A stretch of DNA of 63,852 nt, the filler included. It is 4 parts of 4 records of this genome, joined end to end, with 100 filler letters (N's around TTAATTAATTAA, not from the genome) between each part and the next. Parts side by side here need not be neighbours in the genome. Positions count along the whole stretch, not along the records: positions 34,943 to 52,333 come from DRR378314_1628; positions 52,434 to 63,852 come from DRR378314_1632; 2 more parts are not named here. The stretch is one strand, 5' to 3'. The translations under genes and the position numbers were made by a program. This document shows, one piece after another, positions 45,847 through 55,088 of the stretch. Within the stretch, counting starts at the first letter, position 1. The number at the start of each line of letters is the position of its first letter. The notes beneath the pieces were generated by a model that saw only the letters and a program-made list of their open reading frames with translations, had not been told where the DNA came from and ran no database searches.

Positions 45847-46389
45847 ATGGCGCTCAAAGCAACCATTTTTAAAGCAACACTGAACATCGCCGACATGGAC
45901 AGGCATTACTATGCCGACCACCATCTCACCATCGCCCAACATCCGTCGGAGACCGACGAACGCATGATGATACGCCTGCTGGCCTTCATACTGAACGCCA
46001 GCGAGAGCCTGGAGTTCACCAAGGGGATCAGTACCGACGACGAGCCGGACCTGTGGCAGAAATCCCTGAGCGACGAAATCGAACTGTGGATCGAGCTTGG
46101 CCTGCCTGACGAAAGCCGCCTGCGTAAAGCCTGCGGCCGGGCCGACCAGGTTATCCTTTACACCTACGGCGGCCGCGCCGTGCCCCTGTGGTGGGAGAAG
46201 CACCAGGGGAAACTGACCCGCTTCAGCAATCTCACCATCATCAATCTGCCAGCGGATGCCACCGAGCCACTTGCGGCCCTCACCGAGCGCGGCATGAACC
46301 TGCAATGCACGATCCAGGACGGTACCGTTAATATTGGCAATGACGAGACCCTTGTCAGCGTTACGCCAGAACCCCTCCACCCGGCATAA
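45847..46389 (+). CDS. yaeQ: YaeQ family protein
   Basis: MALKATIFKA..DMDRHYY..AQHPSETDERMMIRLLAF, DEPDLW. Confidence 0.93.
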   Translation: MALKATIFKATLNIADMDRHYYADHHLTIAQHPSETDERMMIRLLAFILNASESLEFTKGISTDDEPDLWQKSLSDEIELWIELGLPDESRLRKACGRADQVILYTYGGRAVPLWWEKHQGKLTRFSNLTIINLPADATEPLAALTERGMNLQCTIQDGTVNIGNDETLVSVTPEPLHPA

Positions 46390-46434
46390 AAGCCTGCATA
46401 AATTTTAACCCTCAAGGTCTACCACACAGATACA

Positions 46435-46452
46435 GTTTACGTTAAGGTAAAC
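46435..46452. promoter_or_regulatory. LiuR (MerR family) operator upstream of the bkd operon
   Basis: GTTTACGTTAAGGTAAAC, 17/18 match to the palindrome GTTTACGTTAACGTAAAC. Confidence 0.85.
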
Positions 46453-46565
46453 TTTAGCCGTTGATGAGTGCCACACCAGGTGCCGTCAGACTGGCTATAC
46501 TTACAATACCGACGCCCTCACAAGGGGCGTTTTGTTCCTCAAGCCACTACCCCAGGAAGAGGATT

Positions 46566-47750
46566 ATGACAACAACAAAGTCCAAAGTTGTTTATAACCC
46601 GGTTTTTACCGACGGTGCGGAATTCCGTATTCCTACCTTCAAGTTACTCAAGCAGGACGGCTCTCTCTACAAGGGCGCCAAAGCGCCGAAGCTCGATAAA
46701 GAGAAGGCCCTGCGCATCTACCGGGCAATGGTCACCACCCGGATTCTCGATGAGCGCATGCTTGCCGCCCAGCGCCAGGGGCGCCTGAGTTTCTACATGC
46801 AGTGTACCGGCGAGGAAGCCGCCGTGATCGGCAGCACCGCCGCGCTGGATGACGGCGACATGATCATGGCGCAATACCGGGAACAGGGTTCTCTGGTCTA
46901 TCGCGGCTTCACCATCGATGAGTTCATGAACCAGCTGTTCGGCAACGAACTGGACTACGGCAAGGGGCGACAGATGCCCGTGCACTATGGCTCCAAAAAG
47001 CTGAACTACATGACCATTTCCTCCCCGCTGGCCACGCAGATTCCCCAGGCCACCGGCTATGCCTACGGCCAGAAAATGGCGGGCGACGGCCACTGCACCA
47101 TTACCTACTTTGGCGAAGGCGCCGCCTCGGAAGGCGACTTCCACGCCGCCCTGAACATGGCGGCCGTTCATCGCGTGCCGGTGATTTTCCTCTGCCGCAA
47201 CAACGGCTATGCCATCTCCACGCCGGCCGCCGAGCAGTTTGCCGCCGATGGCGTTGCACCCCGGGCCTACGGCTACAAGATGGACGTGATCCGGGTGGAT
47301 GGCAACGACATCCTGGCCATGCACGAAGCTACCCTGGCCGCACGTAGCCTGGCGGTGGAGCACAATCGCCCGGTGCTGATCGAAGCCATGAGCTATCGAC
47401 TGGCCGCACACTCTTCGTCCGACGATCCTTCCGGCTATCGCAGCAAAGACGAAGAAGCCGTGTGGCGTGAGAAAGATCCGATCCTGCGCATGCGCCTGTG
47501 GCTCGAACGCAAGAAATGGTGGAGTGAAGACGACGAAAAACAGCTGCAGGAAAACATGCGCCGCGAAGTGCTCGAAACCATGAAACGGGCGCAAAAACGG
47601 CCACCACCGGCACTCGATACCTTGGTCAGCGACGTCTACGACGAGGTGCCGCCTGCCCTCGCCCAACAGTTCGACAAACTCAAGGCGCACATTCGCCGGC
47701 ACCCGGAGGCCTATCCGAAGAGTGCAGAACACGCCAAGGGAGGTGCGTGA
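46566..47750 (+). CDS. bkdA1: Branched-chain 2-oxoacid dehydrogenase E1 alpha
   Basis: [24 protein letters not shown] motif [23 protein letters not shown]; start chosen by the AGAGGA RBS. Confidence 0.93.
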   Translation: MTTTKSKVVYNPVFTDGAEFRIPTFKLLKQDGSLYKGAKAPKLDKEKALRIYRAMVTTRILDERMLAAQRQGRLSFYMQCTGEEAAVIGSTAALDDGDMIMAQYREQGSLVYRGFTIDEFMNQLFGNELDYGKGRQMPVHYGSKKLNYMTISSPLATQIPQATGYAYGQKMAGDGHCTITYFGEGAASEGDFHAALNMAAVHRVPVIFLCRNNGYAISTPAAEQFAADGVAPRAYGYKMDVIRVDGNDILAMHEATLAARSLAVEHNRPVLIEAMSYRLAAHSSSDDPSGYRSKDEEAVWREKDPILRMRLWLERKKWWSEDDEKQLQENMRREVLETMKRAQKRPPPALDTLVSDVYDEVPPALAQQFDKLKAHIRRHPEAYPKSAEHAKGGA

Positions 47751-47751
47751 G

Positions 47752-48729
47752 ATGACCCAGATGAATATGCTCCAGGCCATCAACAACGCCCTCGACACCG
47801 CCATGGCCGCCAACGAGCGGGTGCTGTGTTTCGGTGAGGACGTGGGCGTGTTCGGCGGCGTTTTCCGGGCCACCAGCAACCTGCAGGAGAAGTACGGCAA
47901 AGCCCGCTGTTTCAACACACCGCTGGTGGAACAGGGCATCATCGGCTTTGCCAACGGCCTGGCGGCGCAAGGCTCTGTCCCCGTGGCCGAGATCCAGTTT
48001 GCCGACTACATCTTCCCGGCCTTCGACCAGATCGTGAACGAGTCGGCCAAGTTCCGCTACCGCTCCGGCGACCTGTTCAACGTGGGCGGGCTGACCATTC
48101 GGGCGCCCTACGGTGGCGGTATCGCCGGCGGCCTTTACCACTCGCAATCACCGGAAGCCTACTTTGCCCACACTCCGGGCCTGAAGATAGTAGTGCCGCG
48201 CAATCCGCACCAGGCCAAGGGCCTGCTGCTGGGGGCCATCCACGACCCCAACCCGACCCTGTTCTTTGAACCCAAGCGGCTCTACCGCGCCTCGGTGGGC
48301 GACGTACCGGATGAAGATTACCGGCTGCCGTTGGGCGAAGCCGAAGTGATCAAGGAAGGCACGGACATCACCGTGCTCGGCTGGGGCGCGCAGATGGAAG
48401 TAATCGAACACGCCGTCGAGGCGGCGGAGAAAGACGGCATTTCCTGTGAAGTGATTGACCTGAGAACCATCCTGCCGTGGGACGTGGAAACCGTGGCCAA
48501 GTCGGTGCTCAAGACCGGGCGCCTGGTGGTTACCCACGAAGCCCCTCTGACCGGCGGTTTCGCCGGTGAAATCGCGGCGACCATTCAGGAACGTTGCTTC
48601 CTGTACCTGGAGTCCCCGATCGCACGGGTGACCGGGATGGATACCCCCTTCCCGCTGGTGCTGGAAAAAGAGCACCTGCCCAATCACCTGAAGGTCCATG
48701 AGGCCATCAGGGCGAGCGTGGAATTCTAG
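47752..48729 (+). CDS. bkdA2: Branched-chain 2-oxoacid dehydrogenase E1 beta
   Basis: [43 protein letters not shown]. Confidence 0.94.
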   Translation: MTQMNMLQAINNALDTAMAANERVLCFGEDVGVFGGVFRATSNLQEKYGKARCFNTPLVEQGIIGFANGLAAQGSVPVAEIQFADYIFPAFDQIVNESAKFRYRSGDLFNVGGLTIRAPYGGGIAGGLYHSQSPEAYFAHTPGLKIVVPRNPHQAKGLLLGAIHDPNPTLFFEPKRLYRASVGDVPDEDYRLPLGEAEVIKEGTDITVLGWGAQMEVIEHAVEAAEKDGISCEVIDLRTILPWDVETVAKSVLKTGRLVVTHEAPLTGGFAGEIAATIQERCFLYLESPIARVTGMDTPFPLVLEKEHLPNHLKVHEAIRASVEF

Positions 48730-48755
48730 GTTGATATCAGGACAGGAGAGCAATC

Positions 48756-50345
48756 ATGAGTGATTTTATACTGCCCGATATCGGCGAAGGTATCGTGGAG
48801 TGCGAACTGGTCAAATGGCTGGTGAGCGAAGGGGACATCATTGAAGAGGATCAGCCGGTCGCCGAAGTGATGACCGACAAGGCGCTGGTGGAAATTCCAG
48901 CACCTTATAAAGGCCGCGTAACCCGCCTGTACCACAAGGAAGGCGACATCGCGAAAGTGCATGCCCCGCTGTTCGAACTGGTGGAAGAAGGCGCGGAAAG
49001 TGAACAGGATTCTGCACCTAAACCCAAGGCCGACGACGACAAAGAAGCGAGCGAAGCGCCAGCAACGCAGACTGCAGGCGGAACCCAGGAGTCTTCCGGC
49101 GACGATGCAACCGAGGACTTTATCCTGCCCGACATCGGCGAAGGCATCGTTGAGTGTGAAGTGGTGGAGTGGCGCGTGGCCGAGGGCGACGAGATCGAAG
49201 AAGACCAGCCCGTGGTGGACGTGATGACCGACAAGGCGATGGTGGAAATCACCGCGCCCAAGGCTGGCCGAGTCACCAAACTCTATCATCAGCAACAGGA
49301 AATGGCCCGGGTACACTCGCCGCTGTTTGCGTTCGTTCCCCGCGAGCGTGACGAGCCTGCAATGGCTAAAGCGGAATCCAAGGCGGCACCGGAACCCACG
49401 CCGACAACCTCCAAACCGGTCTCAACCGGCAACCGGCAGAGGATTCCCGCCAGCCCGGCCGTGCGGCGCCTGGTGAGAGAGCACGACCTGAACCTGGCGG
49501 ACGTCGCCGGTTCCGGCAAGGATGGCCGGGTGTTGAAGGCCGATGTGCTGGCTCATCTTGAACAGCCCGCTGGACAGAAAGCCAGTGAGTCACAACCCAC
49601 GACCGCTGGGACAAGCCGCAGGACACCGGAACGCGAACAGGAAGTGCGCATCGAGCCGATACGGGGCATGAAAGCCGCCATGGCCCGCAGCATGGTCACC
49701 TCGACGACCACCATTCCCCACTTCATCTACAGTGAGGACATTGACGTCACCGACCTGCTGAAACTGCGGGAACAGCTCAAACCGGACGCCGAAGCCAGTG
49801 GCTCGAGGCTCACGCTTATGCCCTTCTTCATGAAGGCCATGGCCCTGGCGGTGCAGGAATACCCGGTGCTCAACAGCCGCCTCAACGACGACGTCACCGA
49901 GATCCACTACCTGTCGCAGTGCAACATTGGTATGGCAGTGGACAGCAAGGCCGGCTTGATCGTCCCTAACGTCAAGGGTGTGGAAAGCCTCACACTGCTG
50001 GGCATTGCCGATGAAGTGGCGCGCCTGACCGAATCCGCCCGTTCGGGCCGGGTCAGCCAGGAAGACCTCAAAGGCGGCACCATCACCATTTCCAACATTG
50101 GCGCCCTGGGCGGCACCTACGCCGCGCCCATCATCAACCCGCCGGAAGTGGCCATCGTGGCACTGGGCCGCACCCAGAAGCTGCCGCGCTTCGACGCCAA
50201 CGGCCAGGTGGTGGAACGGGCGATCATGACGGTGAGCTGGGCGGGAGATCATCGCATCATCGATGGCGGCACCATCGCGCGCTTCTGCAACCGCTGGAAA
50301 GGCTACCTGGAATCGCCGCAGTCGATGCTGCTGCATATGGGCTGA
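48756..50345 (+). CDS. bkdB: Dihydrolipoamide acyltransferase E2 with two lipoyl domains
   Basis: Two FILPDIGEGIVECE...VMTDKA repeats; ASPAVRR E3-binding domain; DHRIIDG. Confidence 0.94.
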   Translation: MSDFILPDIGEGIVECELVKWLVSEGDIIEEDQPVAEVMTDKALVEIPAPYKGRVTRLYHKEGDIAKVHAPLFELVEEGAESEQDSAPKPKADDDKEASEAPATQTAGGTQESSGDDATEDFILPDIGEGIVECEVVEWRVAEGDEIEEDQPVVDVMTDKAMVEITAPKAGRVTKLYHQQQEMARVHSPLFAFVPRERDEPAMAKAESKAAPEPTPTTSKPVSTGNRQRIPASPAVRRLVREHDLNLADVAGSGKDGRVLKADVLAHLEQPAGQKASESQPTTAGTSRRTPEREQEVRIEPIRGMKAAMARSMVTSTTTIPHFIYSEDIDVTDLLKLREQLKPDAEASGSRLTLMPFFMKAMALAVQEYPVLNSRLNDDVTEIHYLSQCNIGMAVDSKAGLIVPNVKGVESLTLLGIADEVARLTESARSGRVSQEDLKGGTITISNIGALGGTYAAPIINPPEVAIVALGRTQKLPRFDANGQVVERAIMTVSWAGDHRIIDGGTIARFCNRWKGYLESPQSMLLHMG

Positions 50346-50354
50346 CGGGGCATC

Positions 50355-52199
50355 ATGGCGCAGAAGACGCAACTGCAGCAGTTCTACATACCGGAAGAGC
50401 AGTCGATCTACCTGCTCAGCCATGACGATGCCAAGAAGCTCAAGGACTGGGTGGCGCTCTGCACCACCCAGCTCCGCCAGCTGGGCTACCACGACATTGA
50501 ACTGATCGGCAAAGGCGCCTACGGATTCGTGTTCGCGGGCCGCCTGCCGCACCAGAACGGCAGCGGCCCGGAACACGTCTTCAAATTCACCCGCATCAAC
50601 CTGCCCCAACACCTTCAGGACCGGCTGGAAGATGAAGCCTTCATCCTCGAACAGGTCCGACACCCCCGGGTGCCCCGGCTGATCGCCTATCAACGGGCAC
50701 ACAACCAGCCCATCCTGGTGATGGAACGGGCAGTGGGCCTGAATCTGGAAGAAGTGTCCCTGCGCGAAGGCCGCCTGAAACCCAGGCTGGTGATGCGAAT
50801 CGCCGACCAGATTGCCGATATCCTCCGCAACCTGAGGCGCGAGAACGGCCCCGCCGGACGCCCCATCGTGCACGGTGACATCAAACCCTCGAACCTGGTG
50901 TTCGACGCCAGCACCGAAAACATCGCCCTGATCGACTGGGGCTCATCGGTGTTCGCCCAACTGGACGCCAACCAGCAGTTCATCACCGCCAACGTGATGG
51001 AACTGATGTCCGACAACCTGCAGCAGACCAACGCCCGGCTGGGGGACGTCTACTTTATCGGTGACGAACAGCTCAACGGTGGCCTGTCGTCACCCCGGTT
51101 TGATGAACAGGGTGCTGCGGGCACGCTCTATGCGCTGGCATCGGGCCAGTCCTGCCGGTTTGGCCACCAGGCCATTCCCGCAGCATCCCTCGGGCTGCCC
51201 ATGGAATTCGCCCGCATGCTCGACGGCATGCTCTCCCCTGACCCGGACACGCGTCGCAAAGCCGGTGACTACTACCTGAACGAAATGCCGCGGATGGCAC
51301 GCACGGTGATGGTCGATCTGGCAGAGCCACCACTGGCCCCCATGGTGCCGGTCTGGACCCGCCCCTCAGACCATGAAATCGACACCGTGGTGTACAGTTC
51401 CCGCAAATCCTTCCTGCGCCAGGAAGGTGCGCCAGAAACCCTCAACGATGTGAATGATGTACAGCTGGACCGCTACTACAAGAACTTCATGCAGGGCATG
51501 GGGGAAACGGAAAAAGCCTTCCTGGCCGCCGTCAGCCGGCTGGGGCGGTACCCGGTGGAAGGGGGCCTCGCCGTGCGCTGGGAAACCGACGGCGTCTACA
51601 TCGACACCTCACTGAATCTGCACGACCCGAACCTGAAAGGGGCCTTCATCCGGGCCGTCAACAACATGGTGTACCTGGCCCAGGCCATCTACCGCCAGGG
51701 CATCTTCAAGAGCTGCCTGTTCAACGCCCGCAACACCCTGCACATCGACCGCGCGGACCCGGATCAGCCCTTCGTGATCGAGCCCGGCATGCAACTGAAA
51801 TACGAAGTCAGCGCCGCGCCGGAAGTGGAAGACGAATCCCGGGTGCACTCCTACTTCGAAGACGGCCCCGACCCGGAAGAATTCCTGGTGCTGCCGCAGA
51901 CCATCATCACCGCACTGGAGTCCCTCAACGACATCCACCACACCGGGATGATTATCTTCGAAGCGCTGCCCCGCCACCTCAAGATCCACAGCCACTACCG
52001 GCTTCTGGACCCGGACCGGGAGAGCGAATTCAGCAGGCTGTTGGCCGAGATCCTGTCCTCGATCGACCAGATCACCGGCCTTGGCGTCTCCGGCTTTATG
52101 AAAATGCCCTACAAGGACACCCGCTTCTTCCCTCATATCGAGCGGCTACCGGAGCGCTACTACCCTAAAAACCCGAGGGCAAAGGACCTCCCAAGCTGA
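50355..52199 (+). CDS. Hanks-type Ser/Thr protein kinase with an unrecognised C-terminal region
   Basis: Gly loop IGKGAYGFV, VFK lysine, LEDE alphaC, LVME hinge, VHGDIKPSN catalytic loop, DWG; no TM segment seen. Confidence 0.88.
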   Translation: MAQKTQLQQFYIPEEQSIYLLSHDDAKKLKDWVALCTTQLRQLGYHDIELIGKGAYGFVFAGRLPHQNGSGPEHVFKFTRINLPQHLQDRLEDEAFILEQVRHPRVPRLIAYQRAHNQPILVMERAVGLNLEEVSLREGRLKPRLVMRIADQIADILRNLRRENGPAGRPIVHGDIKPSNLVFDASTENIALIDWGSSVFAQLDANQQFITANVMELMSDNLQQTNARLGDVYFIGDEQLNGGLSSPRFDEQGAAGTLYALASGQSCRFGHQAIPAASLGLPMEFARMLDGMLSPDPDTRRKAGDYYLNEMPRMARTVMVDLAEPPLAPMVPVWTRPSDHEIDTVVYSSRKSFLRQEGAPETLNDVNDVQLDRYYKNFMQGMGETEKAFLAAVSRLGRYPVEGGLAVRWETDGVYIDTSLNLHDPNLKGAFIRAVNNMVYLAQAIYRQGIFKSCLFNARNTLHIDRADPDQPFVIEPGMQLKYEVSAAPEVEDESRVHSYFEDGPDPEEFLVLPQTIITALESLNDIHHTGMIIFEALPRHLKIHSHYRLLDPDRESEFSRLLAEILSSIDQITGLGVSGFMKMPYKDTRFFPHIERLPERYYPKNPRAKDLPS

Positions 52200-52233
52200 C
52201 GCCCAAAGGATCGCAGATCGCCGCCAACAGGAC

Positions 52234-52269
52234 TGGACAGAGAACACCATCACACGTAAGATTGCGCAC
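52234..52269 (+). promoter_or_regulatory. Stable-RNA-type sigma70 promoter of the tRNA gene
   Basis: TGGACA-17-TAAGAT followed by the GC-rich discriminator GCGCAC. Confidence 0.6.
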
Positions 52270-52300
52270 TCGAAATTGACGCCAACGCGTTGTATTTCAT

Positions 52301-52333
<33 letters not shown>

Positions 52334-52433
52334 NNNNNNNNNNNNNNNNNNNNNNNNNNNNNNNNNNNNNNNNNNNNTTAATTAATTAANNNNNNNNNNN
52401 NNNNNNNNNNNNNNNNNNNNNNNNNNNNNNNNN
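52334..52433. other. Artificial contig spacer
   Basis: N run containing TTAATTAATTAA. Confidence 0.98.
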
Positions 52434-52550
52434 GAAGGATTTGTCGAACTTGCCGCCAAGGTCGAAAATAAGCGCCGGGTTGGCCAGAGCCGCACCCGCT
52501 GTCAGCGCAACCGCTGCCGCCGCGCCCATGAGCGATTTCATCAGGGTCAT
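52434..52550 (-). CDS. BMP family ABC substrate-binding protein, N-terminal fragment
   Basis: Hand translation MTLMKSLMGAAAAVALTAGAALANPALIFDLGGKFDKSF; signal peptide plus the GGKFDKSF motif; GGGAG RBS. Confidence 0.85.
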
Positions 52551-52687
52551 TCAGATACTCCCAGTTTTTTCTTTTTCTGCCCCGCGTGGCGGGCGTGTCC
52601 GTTCGAAAAGGTGGAGCGATTTAGCCTCTTGCGCTCGGCCTGGGTCAACATTTTTTTGACCACCCGGTCGAAAAACAGCATCTTTCC

Positions 52688-53113
52688 TTAGGGAAACACG
52701 CGTTTCATGAGCAAAGCATCCGCCGCTGCCGCCTCTGGTCGCGGATAATAGGCCTTTCGAATCCCGACAAGGCCGAATCCGCAAGTGGAGTATAGCGCCT
52801 GAGCGGCGGTATTGTCTTGTGCGACCTCAAGAAAAGCATCCTCGACCCCACGTTCTGCTGCCTTGGCCATCCAGTCCGCCATCACCTGCCGGGCACGGCC
52901 CTGGCGCTGGTGATCCGGATGGGTGGCGATGGTCAGAAGCTCTGCCTCGCCTGCGACCTCGCGCACAACTGCAAAGGCTCGTGCATCCCCCGTGAGATAG
53001 GTGAAGCGGTCGGCCAGAAGGTCGGCGAATTCCTCGGCGGACCAAGGGCGTGACTGGGAAAAGGCCGCCGCATGGGTCGCGGCGAGCGCGTCGGGGCTGC
53101 GGCTCTCAGTCAT
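52688..53113 (-). CDS. rimI: RimI-like GNAT acetyltransferase
   Basis: EAELLTIATHP.HQRQG, FLEVAQDN.AA.ALY, RKAYY; start overlaps the tsaB stop. Confidence 0.88.
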   Translation of the reverse strand: MTESRSPDALAATHAAAFSQSRPWSAEEFADLLADRFTYLTGDARAFAVVREVAGEAELLTIATHPDHQRQGRARQVMADWMAKAAERGVEDAFLEVAQDNTAAQALYSTCGFGLVGIRKAYYPRPEAAAADALLMKRVFP

Positions 53114-53774
53114 CCAGAAGCGCGGGCGGCGTGTCCCGCGAGGGGGCGGCATCGGCCTCGCGCAGATAGAGCGGCGCCGGGGGCGGCACGTCAATCCGGC
53201 CAAGGCGGGTGGCGGCCACGCGGGCGATGGCCTCGGCCACCGGGTAGCGTACTGTCGCGACAGTGCCCGCGCAAAGGGCCGCGATCTCGTCAGCGCGGTG
53301 TCCCAGACAGCTCGGCTCTGCGCCTGCGGGAATATCTGGCGGCAGCGTGTCGAGCGTGCAGTGGCCGGGCTGTGATCCGGTTCGCGTTCCGAACATCTGC
53401 ACATAAAGGCCCTCGCGTCGGGCATCGAGGCTGGAGACCACGACACCAGCGGTGCCAAAGGCCTGCGCCTCAAGGCTGGAGACGCCGATGGCAGGTACGT
53501 CTAGCCCCAGCGCCAGACCGCGCGCGGCAGAGACGGAAATGCGAATGCCGGTGAAATTGCCGGGGCCGATGCCCACGGCGACCGCGTCAAGGTCAGCCCA
53601 GGTGGCGCCGCCTTCGGCGAGGGTCTCTTCCAGCAGGGGCATCAGCCGTTCGGCCTGACCCCTGGCCATGTCCTCCTGATGCTGGACCAGGATCTCGGTC
53701 CCGCGCAGCAAGGCCGCCGCGCAATGGGGGGCGGAGGTATCAAATCCCAGGATCAGGGGCGCGTCAGAGGACAT
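53106..53774 (-). CDS. tsaB: t6A biosynthesis protein TsaB
   Basis: LGFDTS, GQAERLMP, VGIGPGNFTGIRI, PLYLR. Confidence 0.94.
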   Translation of the reverse strand: MSSDAPLILGFDTSAPHCAAALLRGTEILVQHQEDMARGQAERLMPLLEETLAEGGATWADLDAVAVGIGPGNFTGIRISVSAARGLALGLDVPAIGVSSLEAQAFGTAGVVVSSLDARREGLYVQMFGTRTGSQPGHCTLDTLPPDIPAGAEPSCLGHRADEIAALCAGTVATVRYPVAEAIARVAATRLGRIDVPPPAPLYLREADAAPSRDTPPALLDD

Positions 53775-54002
53775 TTCGGGTCAATCGCTATCGTCGGTGG
53801 CTGCGGGTAGGAAGTCTTTGGCAGAGCTTCCGGTCTGTGGCAAGCGACCGGGCAAATGCGCTGGGAGACGATCCGACAGGGGGGATCGATCCGCGTGCCC
53901 GTGCGTCGTCAACGGCTGCGCCAGATGCTTTGCGGGGCAGGGCGCGAAACGTAAGCTGCGCCCCGCCACGCTGACGGAGGTCTGAACGGAGCGTGCGGTG
54001 CC

Positions 54003-54566
54003 TTAGACGGCGACCGGGCGCACCTCGGTCACTTCGGGGATGTAGTGGCGCAACAGGTTCTCGATGCCCATCTTCAGCGTCAGTGTCGATGACGGGCAGC
54101 CGGCGCAGGCGCCCTGCATGTGCAGATAGACAACGCCGCGGTCAAAACCGTGGAAGGTGATGTCGCCGCCATCCTGTGCCACTGCGGGGCGTACGCGGCT
54201 GTCCAGCAGTTCCTTGATCTGATTGACGATTTCGCCGTCTTCGCCGGTGTGTTCGGCATGGCCGGAGGCCTGCTGGCCGCCTTCGTCGATCACCGGCTGG
54301 CCGGATTGGTAATGCTCCATCACCGCGCCAAGCACGGCGGGTTTGATGTGATCCCACTCAATCGAATCGTCTTTGGTGACGGTCACGAAGTCATTGCCAA
54401 AGAAGACGCCGGTAACGCCGCTCACGGCAAAGATACGCTGCGCCAGAGGCGACTTCGCGGCGGCCTCGGCTGAGGGGAAATCAGCGGTGCCAGCGTCCAG
54501 AACAGTCTGGCCGGGCAGGAATTTCAGGGTCGCCGGGTTCGGCGTGGATTCGGTCTGGATAAACAT
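54003..54566 (-). CDS. nfuA: NifU/NfuA family Fe-S cluster carrier
   Basis: MFIQTESTPNPATLKFLPG; RVRPAVAQDGGDI; GACAGCPSS. Confidence 0.94.
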   Translation of the reverse strand: MFIQTESTPNPATLKFLPGQTVLDAGTADFPSAEAAAKSPLAQRIFAVSGVTGVFFGNDFVTVTKDDSIEWDHIKPAVLGAVMEHYQSGQPVIDEGGQQASGHAEHTGEDGEIVNQIKELLDSRVRPAVAQDGGDITFHGFDRGVVYLHMQGACAGCPSSTLTLKMGIENLLRHYIPEVTEVRPVAV

Positions 54567-54605
54567 CTCGGTTCTCCGTCAGGCTGGCCTGGTGCGTGTG
54601 TAGTG

Positions 54606-54653
54606 CATATGCGCGCCCGACCGGGGTCTGTCAAGTTTTGGAATGATTCTAAA
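54606..54653 (-). promoter_or_regulatory. nfuA promoter with an adjacent Irr iron control element (ICE)
   Basis: TTTGGAA-TGA-TTCTAAA (54637-54653) fits TTTRGAA-N3-TTCYAAA and abuts a minus-strand CTTGACA-17-CATATG promoter (RpoH- or RpoD-like). Confidence 0.8.
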
Positions 54654-55088
54654 TTAGCGGCTGCGGTGCGAATTGCAAGGCTTCAGCAATAGTCAGAGAA
54701 AGCAGACGAATGCGCAAGGAAAAGCAATAGTCTGCGCAAGAGGTGTCACGGATGAAATCCATCGCCTTCCGTCCCTGGGCTAAGTTTTGATGAATTCAGG
54801 GGGCTGGCACTGACTAACGGCGTTTTGTTCAGGCGCAGAAACGCGGGCTGCGCTCCGGAGTGTCACTGCGCCTCGCACGCAGGTCAGCGATGCTGACGTG
54901 GCGTCCTTTGCAACGTAGTGACCGATGGTCAATCGTTGCGAAAGCGCGAAGTTCTCTCCTCGTTCATTAGAGTGCGAGAGGTCAGAAGGGCAATTCAACG
55001 ACCGTTGATAGTGCCGCGTCAGCCGTTGTCCGTTGTCTGTACTTTGGGGCATTGTAATTCGGGCCTCCCAGATGCTGAGATCGAAGAC

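Noticed and set aside
53781-53985. Small ORFs between nfuA and tsaB
   Set aside because: No RBS, motif or codon-bias support; treated as intergenic.
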